Source of the DNA: an uncultured delta proteobacterium
GTDB lineage: Bacteria > Desulfobacterota > RBG-13-43-22
DNA: 64,000 bases
Reading direction: 5' to 3'
NCBI GenBank assembly: GCA_963790475.1
Contig: CAWBOS010000010.1
Span: forward strand, 320,001-384,000
This document shows, one piece after another, positions 58,229 to 64,000 of this stretch. The position numbers and the translations under genes were made by a program. The notes beneath the pieces are model-generated. The model saw only the letters and a list, made by a program, of their open reading frames with translations. It did not search any database and had not been told where the DNA came from. Each line of letters opens with the position of its first letter. Position 1 is the stretch's first letter.

Positions 58229-59410
58229 CTAAGAGGTAACCGGCTTCCGGGATAGAGAGGTATCACAAACCCTTTCCAACCCATCCAGACCAAATAACTG
58301 GTCTTGAAAAGTCAAGGGGGGGTCCTTCCCAACAGGTTTCTTGAAAAAGAAACTTAGTTCCGAAATAGGCCCTGATTTTCCTGACAGATGAACAGCCGTC
58401 ATCCATCGGGCCAGATCCAATATCAAAGGGGCCGCTAAGACCGAGTCCCGTCCTTGGAAGTCCAGTCGAAGACTCATGGGCAAACCGAACAAGCCCAGGA
58501 AGTCGATAACATCCCAGGCTTCTTTGGCATCTCCGCGAGGCGGATAATAATCAATAGAGACCTTGTGTGAAACCGCTGAATACCTCTTTCCCACTTTATA
58601 CCCCAGGATTTCATCCAGGAGTTCCGTCTTATTTTTAAGTTTTCCCCGGGCCTTGTCCGGGTCGGCCAGGTTCGCCCCGTCCGCATTCCCGAGGATATTC
58701 AGGCTGTACCAGCCATCGATAAAGAGATTTCTGGCTTTGAAGGCTGAGGCCAGGACAACCTTCAAATAAGTCTGACCGGTCTTTCCGTCCCGTCCGCACC
58801 AGGGGACCCCTTTTTTAATGGCTTCCCGAAGGAGCAATGGCAGCTCCACTTCATTAGAGGTGAAATTAATTATCGGGAGTCTGCATTGGATGGCAGCTAA
58901 AACGTAAGCCATATCCGGGAAGGTCCGCGGGTCCAATTCCGAAAAGAGCTGTGACAAGGTACGACAGTGGGATAAATCAGGAGAAGCAGATGCCGGCAGA
59001 AGGTTGATAAAAACAGGACGGCTGTTGGGAAACCGGGTTTTCAATTGCCGGATTTCTTTCACCCTCTGTCCGACCCAGGATTTAAGGTCCAGGGGAGCTT
59101 CCGGGATTTCTATTATAGGAATTCGGTTTAAGACGGGGGCGTAAGGCCTCCAGATTTCTTCCGTAAGAACCCCTTGATCTCTTATGGAGTCAATAAGGCT
59201 TTTTCGACTTTTATCCCATCCGGCTATTTGGATAGCTTGAGGGGATCCAAGATAGGGGAACTTTTCGGCCGTGGTCAAGCTGGGGAGCACCAGACTTGGG
59301 TTCTGGCTTAGGGCGGACACGGCCACGGCCAGGGTGGAAGCTACAGCGCCTTTGGCACCGGCGACCAATAGTAAAATGGGAGAAAGGAAGGGATCGGAAG
59401 ATGAGGTCAT
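58229..59410 (-). CDS. Myo-inositol-1-phosphate synthase family protein
   Basis: GAKGAVAST, GRDGKTGQT, NILGNADG, RGDAKEAWD, DSVLAAPLILDL, FFFK. Confidence 0.88.
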   Translation of the reverse strand: MTSSSDPFLSPILLLVAGAKGAVASTLAVAVSALSQNPSLVLPSLTTAEKFPYLGSPQAIQIAGWDKSRKSLIDSIRDQGVLTEEIWRPYAPVLNRIPIIEIPEAPLDLKSWVGQRVKEIRQLKTRFPNSRPVFINLLPASASPDLSHCRTLSQLFSELDPRTFPDMAYVLAAIQCRLPIINFTSNEVELPLLLREAIKKGVPWCGRDGKTGQTYLKVVLASAFKARNLFIDGWYSLNILGNADGANLADPDKARGKLKNKTELLDEILGYKVGKRYSAVSHKVSIDYYPPRGDAKEAWDVIDFLGLFGLPMSLRLDFQGRDSVLAAPLILDLARWMTAVHLSGKSGPISELSFFFKKPVGKDPPLTFQDQLFGLDGLERVCDTSLSRKPVTS

Positions 59411-59684
59411 GGTTTATAATTTAATATTCCTTTGAGTATCCAATAGCATAAACAGGATAGGAAAAAAGGGCAAGGAAAAAATCTGATTTTCAATTGGCAC
59501 TTGTGGCAGCAAGTTAAAATGTTCCCTGTAAGAGTGGAGACAATCCGACCCTCAGGGGATTGATGACTACGGACTGAGGGAGGAAAGGTCTTCGAGGAGA
59601 TTGCCTTTTTAAATGAAGATGCAGCAGACTTTGTGCCGGTCAGAACCTCCGTTGTGCGGGAAAAGTCAAAACGATATGGAGCGG

Positions 59685-60478
59685 ATGATGATGAAATTTC
59701 CTTTTGAAGTTCCTTTTGAGGACGTGCAGGCTGATCTTGACCAGTATGTGACCGCGATATTTTCCTGTAAGGTTTCGTCCGTACTCTCGACCGGGATATC
59801 CGGCTGGCACCGATAACACCCCTTAAGATCAGCAGCCAGAGCGCGGTACGGCTGGATGCCTTGGTCATGACCGCATGTGAGTTCCTTAAAAAGAATGTCC
59901 CGAATGTGGCGCGGAACAAAATACATCGGCTTGACAAGGCTGATACGAGAACAGGTCTGGATGGAATAAGATCACTTGCCGATATCGGGGTTCCTTATGC
60001 CATGCTGCTGTATGAGCGGTTCCTTGGCAGACCTTTCGCGGGTCACCGAGACTCCGTGAGCGATCTTATCGGAGACAGTCTGGAATCGGCAATTGAGGAT
60101 GTGTTAAGCAAGGCAGGTATCACCTACCGGAAGACAAAAAGGGCGGAGAAAATTCAAGATTTTGATCAAACGCCGGATTTTATTATTCCCAGTGAATTCA
60201 ATCCACAGGCTATTATTGAGGCGAAAATAACCGAGGACGATGGTACGGCGCGTGACAAAGTCGCCCGCATCCAACGCCTGGGTACGCTAAGTATGAAAGG
60301 ACAGCCGGAGGGAAAGCCGAAGTACGAAGTCATCGCCTGCATTGCGGGTCGAGGTTTCGGGGTTCGGCGGGAAGACATGAAAAGGATAATCTTGGCAACA
60401 GGGGGGAAGGTGTTTACCCTACAGAATCTGGACAAGCTCGTTGAGTGTACGAAGTTGAAGGAATTTAGAACAAAGTAA
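59685..60478 (+). pseudogene. PD-(D/E)xK restriction endonuclease-like gene, 5' part disrupted
   Basis: PDFIIP...IIEAKITEDDGTARDK. The N-terminal fragment (MKFPFEVPF...) is in another frame. No methyltransferase is adjacent. Confidence 0.55.
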
Positions 60479-60599
60479 TTGTAAGACAATATCCGATAAG
60501 GAGAAAAGAAGAAGCAGACTCCTAATTTTTTATGAAACACACCCTATTATTAGGAATTAGGTGGCACATTTTTGGAGCGAATTGATCCAACACTTAAGT

Positions 60600-61307
60600 C
60601 TAAGAAGCCATCTTACAGACGCCGGATGGGCACTGTTTTCCTTTGATGTGGCCTTCAAATTCTTCTTTGAAGTTGGACAAAACCGACAGGATGATGTGGG
60701 ACACCTTGCCGGCAAAGGAGCAATAGGGGGCCTGTTTCATGAGGACTATCAGGGATTCCATTTCGGTCACGGCATTAGCCGGTGCCTGGCCGCATCTTAT
60801 GGCGGTGATTAAATCGGCCAGTCTCTGTATCCCCAGTCGGCAGGGGGCACATTTGCCGCAGGATTCATCGTAATGGAATTTGATCAGATATTCGGCGATC
60901 TCTACCATACACAAAGAGGGGTCCATGGCCATGATACAACCCGTGGCCTTTTCCCAGATCAAATCACCGCGGATGGATTGAAGCGGGTTGAGTCGCAATA
61001 AGGGGAAAACGATCTTGCCCTGTTGAACGGTTTCTTTCAGAATGGCCTCAATATGACCTTCTTTGACCTTGTGGTAGAAAACACCCAGATAAGGGAAACT
61101 TAAAAAAGCCCCATCCTGACAAGTCCCGGAACATCCGCATTTGGCCGGTTCTACGACCACCGGGATCTTCAGGCGTTCTGCTTCAGCAATAAGACCTTTA
61201 TAGATCGATTCCGCCCCGCAGGTTTTAGCCTTGGGATTGCGGCACACCGTAATCTTCGGGATGGTGGTAATTAGGGGTTCTGCGATATTTAGAGCGGTTT
61301 TAGCCAT
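60600..61307 (-). CDS. Thioredoxin-like 2Fe-2S domain fused to NuoF C-terminal 4Fe-4S domain
   Basis: VC..(CGA)..CGCSGTCQDG N-domain. C-terminal ESCGKCAPCRLG...YCSFAG...EEFEGHI...CPSGVC. Confidence 0.8.
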   Translation of the reverse strand: MAKTALNIAEPLITTIPKITVCRNPKAKTCGAESIYKGLIAEAERLKIPVVVEPAKCGCSGTCQDGAFLSFPYLGVFYHKVKEGHIEAILKETVQQGKIVFPLLRLNPLQSIRGDLIWEKATGCIMAMDPSLCMVEIAEYLIKFHYDESCGKCAPCRLGIQRLADLITAIRCGQAPANAVTEMESLIVLMKQAPYCSFAGKVSHIILSVLSNFKEEFEGHIKGKQCPSGVCKMAS

Positions 61308-61325
61308 AACCTTTATTAAACTCCG

Positions 61326-62744
61326 TTAAGATATAATCGTCTTGCAGGCCGTCCGGGCCAGATCAAGAAACCAGGCCGGCAAGGTACCCATCAAGAGTAT
61401 GGCCAGGATCAACCCGTAGTTCAATAATCGATTGGAGAAACTCAAGGTCACCGCCGGTAACCCGTCGGGGTCCTGTCCGTAGGCTGAGCGCACGATATTC
61501 AGGTAATAATAAATTGAAATCGCCGCATTCACTGCGGCAATGATCACCAAAGCCAGGTGCCCTTGATTCAAGGCGGCGGCGAAAAGAAAAAATTTTCCGG
61601 TAAATCCGGCTGTAGGTGGAATACCGGCCAGGGCGAAGGCCCCCACCGCCAAGGTAAAGGCTAATAAAGGAGAACGCCGGTACAGTCCGGAAAGGTCGCT
61701 GATGGTGACATTTTCTCCTTCGCGGGAAACGGCACATATCACCAAAAAGCAGGCCAGGTTCATTAATAAATAAGCGGAGATGTGGAATATGGCGGCAGAA
61801 AAGCCAACGGAGTTCAGGGTCAAGACCCCCATCAGGACATAACCGGCATGGGCGATACTGGAATAGGCCAGCAGGCGTTTAAGGTCTTTTTGGACCAAAG
61901 CCGCCAGGTTTCCAAAGGTCATGGAAACAATTGCCAGAAGAACCAGGACTTGAATCAAATCAACGGCCCCGTTTCCGGCCAGGCTGACTAACCGAAGCAA
62001 CAAGGCTACGGCCCCCACTTTTGGCATGGTGGCCACAAAAGACACGGTTTCATTGGCCGCCCCCTGGTAAATATCCGGGGTCCAGAAATGGAAGGGGACC
62101 ACCGCCAGCTTAAAGAAAAACCCACAGAGAACCAGGAGAAGCCCGATAACGGCTATGGGTTCCTTTAACAGCAAAGGCATCTTCTGGAGAATGTCCATCA
62201 AATAGGTGGATTGGGTGACTCCAAAGATATAACTCATGCCGAAAAGCATAACCCCGGTGGCCGCGGCCCCGAAGATAATGTATTTAATAGCCGCTTCCAT
62301 TTGGTTGCCGCCAACCTGATTGCGGATCGGGATCAGGACATAAATGGAGTAAGAAGACAGCTCCATGGCGATAAAAATGGCTAACAGCTCGACACTGCTG
62401 ACCATCAGCATCAGACCCAGGGAGCTGAGACTCAGAAACATATAAAATTCCGGTTGAAGACGTTCCTCGATGCTTTTGAGCTTCCGTCCCAGTCCAATGA
62501 CCAGGAACAGGCCGAGACTAAGCAGACATTTGAATGTTTGTGAGAACAGGTCAACCCGATAAGCCTTATAAAAGAGCTCCCCCGAGGCATTGAGGCTTAA
62601 CAGGCTAATGATTACCACGAGAGCGGAAAGGAAAAAGGCCATTCCCTGATTCAATGCAGCTGACGATTTCCACAAGGATTGGCAGAAAAAGATCAGGGCC
62701 ATTAAAAGTAGAAAGGTTTCCGGTAGAAATAACAAGAAATTCAT
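61326..62744 (-). CDS. nuoN: NADH-quinone oxidoreductase subunit N
   Basis: EAAIKY, FKLAVVPFHFWTPDIYQGA, KRLLAYSSIAHAGY, LAGIPPTAGF.GKF. Confidence 0.95.
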   Translation of the reverse strand: MNFLLFLPETFLLLMALIFFCQSLWKSSAALNQGMAFFLSALVVIISLLSLNASGELFYKAYRVDLFSQTFKCLLSLGLFLVIGLGRKLKSIEERLQPEFYMFLSLSSLGLMLMVSSVELLAIFIAMELSSYSIYVLIPIRNQVGGNQMEAAIKYIIFGAAATGVMLFGMSYIFGVTQSTYLMDILQKMPLLLKEPIAVIGLLLVLCGFFFKLAVVPFHFWTPDIYQGAANETVSFVATMPKVGAVALLLRLVSLAGNGAVDLIQVLVLLAIVSMTFGNLAALVQKDLKRLLAYSSIAHAGYVLMGVLTLNSVGFSAAIFHISAYLLMNLACFLVICAVSREGENVTISDLSGLYRRSPLLAFTLAVGAFALAGIPPTAGFTGKFFLFAAALNQGHLALVIIAAVNAAISIYYYLNIVRSAYGQDPDGLPAVTLSFSNRLLNYGLILAILLMGTLPAWFLDLARTACKTIIS

Positions 62745-62827
62745 TATAATTCGTTCCTCGGTAAAATACTCAAAGCTGAAAGCTCCAAGCTCAAACAAAA
62801 TACTTAAACAAGAAAGCGTTCAATCTT

Positions 62828-64000
62828 TTATTTCACTAAAGCCAAAGCACTTCCGGCCTGGACTTGCTGGACCAAGTGGTTCACGCTGGCATGCATGACA
62901 TCCAAAAAGGGGCCCGGTGAAAAACCAATCCACAAGACGAATATGGCCAGCGGGACCAGATAAACGATCTCCCGGGTATTCATATCTTTAAAGGAGGGGT
63001 TTCCTTCACCTCCCCAGGCGATCTTCTGCAGCAACCGGAGCATATAGGCGGCAGCCAAAACCACCCCTGGGATGGCAACGGCGCCGATCAGCTTGTTATC
63101 CAAAAAGGTGCCGATTAAAACCAGGAGCTCGCCTACAAAACTGTTGGTCCCGGGAAAGGCCATGGAAGAAAGACTGAAAAAACCTAAAAACCCGATGTAA
63201 ATGGGCATAATTTTGCTTATCCCGGAGTTGACCGTAATCAACCTGCTGTGGCTTCTCTCATAAATGATCCCTACGCAGAGAAAGAGTGCCCCGGTGGTGA
63301 TGCCGTGATTGATCATCTGCAGGATGGCCCCTTCCAGTCCGGATTTATTGAAGAGAAAGGTACCCAAGGTGACAAACCCCATGTGGGCCACGCTGGAATA
63401 GGCGATCAACCGTTTCATGTCGCTTTGCCCCAAGGCCACATACCCGCCATAAATGATGGAGATGATGGAGATCCAAAGGACATAGGGGGCAAAGTAGACA
63501 CTGGCTTGGGGGAGGATAGGCAAACAAAAGCGCACGAAACCGTAAGTCCCCATTTTCAACAGTACGCTGGCCAGGATGACACTGCCCGCGGTCGGGGCCT
63601 CCACATGCGCGGCCGGCAACCAGGTATGGAGCGGGGCCATCGGGACTTTGATGGCGAAAGCGATTCCCATGGCCAGGAAGACCCAGAATTGAAAGTTAAA
63701 GGAGTAGGTATGGGTCATCAATTCCGGGATGCTGAAGGTGCCGGTCTTTACATAAAAGGCGATCATGGCCACCAGGAGGAAGACGCTGCCGGCCATGGTG
63801 TAGATGAAGAACTTGATCGAAGCATAAACCTTGGCCGGGCCACCCCAGACGGCTATCAATAGATACATGGGGACCAGCATGGCCTCAAAGAAAATATAAA
63901 ATAGAACGAAATCCAGAGCCGAGAAAACCCCGACGCAAGCTGTTTCAATCAAAAGGAGACAGAACAGAAATTCTTTGACCCGTTTCTCGATGTATTTCCA
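62828..64000 (-). CDS. nuoM: NADH-quinone oxidoreductase subunit M (5' truncated by window)
   Basis: FYIFFE, HTWLPAAHVEAP, LLKMG.YG, IAYSSVAHMG, NHG, FVGE. Confidence 0.95.
   Translation of the reverse strand, partial: WKYIEKRVKEFLFCLLLIETACVGVFSALDFVLFYIFFEAMLVPMYLLIAVWGGPAKVYASIKFFIYTMAGSVFLLVAMIAFYVKTGTFSIPELMTHTYSFNFQFWVFLAMGIAFAIKVPMAPLHTWLPAAHVEAPTAGSVILASVLLKMGTYGFVRFCLPILPQASVYFAPYVLWISIISIIYGGYVALGQSDMKRLIAYSSVAHMGFVTLGTFLFNKSGLEGAILQMINHGITTGALFLCVGIIYERSHSRLITVNSGISKIMPIYIGFLGFFSLSSMAFPGTNSFVGELLVLIGTFLDNKLIGAVAIPGVVLAAAYMLRLLQKIAWGGEGNPSFKDMNTREIVYLVPLAIFVLWIGFSPGPFLDVMHASVNHLVQQVQAGSALALVK

Noticed and set aside
59494-59511. Sigma54-like TTGGCAC upstream of the REase remnant
   Set aside because: The -12 GC spacing is off and there is no TTGC.
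1-64000. CRISPR arrays, tRNA/rRNA genes, selenocysteine read-through
   Set aside because: None seen by eye. The short repeats lack spacers, and no TGA interrupts a conserved motif. A covariance-model scan was not possible.

Overview
Bacterial chromosome segment whose gene content and style suggest an anaerobic Deltaproteobacteria/Desulfobacterota-type organism. Several homopolymer-type frameshifts occur near the 5' end. From left to right: (1) the 3' part of a B12-radical-SAM/type II FAS-PKS unusual-lipid cluster with an ABC exporter (1-8.6 kb); (2) an acyl-CoA synthetase, TetR and an AcrAB-OprM-type RND pump; (3) hbd, frdAB and dmsAB-like pairs lacking membrane anchors, a MaoC pair and ybaK; (4) a mobile-element hotspot (28.6-35.8 kb). 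The hotspot holds an IS1-like element with perfect 25-bp TIRs sitting in a terminator loop, three IS200-type tnpA elements, and an endonuclease-less group II intron (WADD RT) inserted exactly at the predicted right-end cleavage site of one IS200, with an identical unoccupied end 4.7 kb away. (5) PilZ and PAS signalling genes without output domains; (6) a minus-strand alternative complex III plus cbb3-type oxidase cluster with maturation genes, containing nested REP/MITE repeats; (7) an adjacent UbiA / cytochrome b5 / UbiE / TIM-barrel isomerase / inositol-1-phosphate synthase group; (8) a restriction endonuclease remnant, a mini NuoF-like Fe-S protein and nuoN/nuoM. All family assignments come from motif recognition only; no searches were run.
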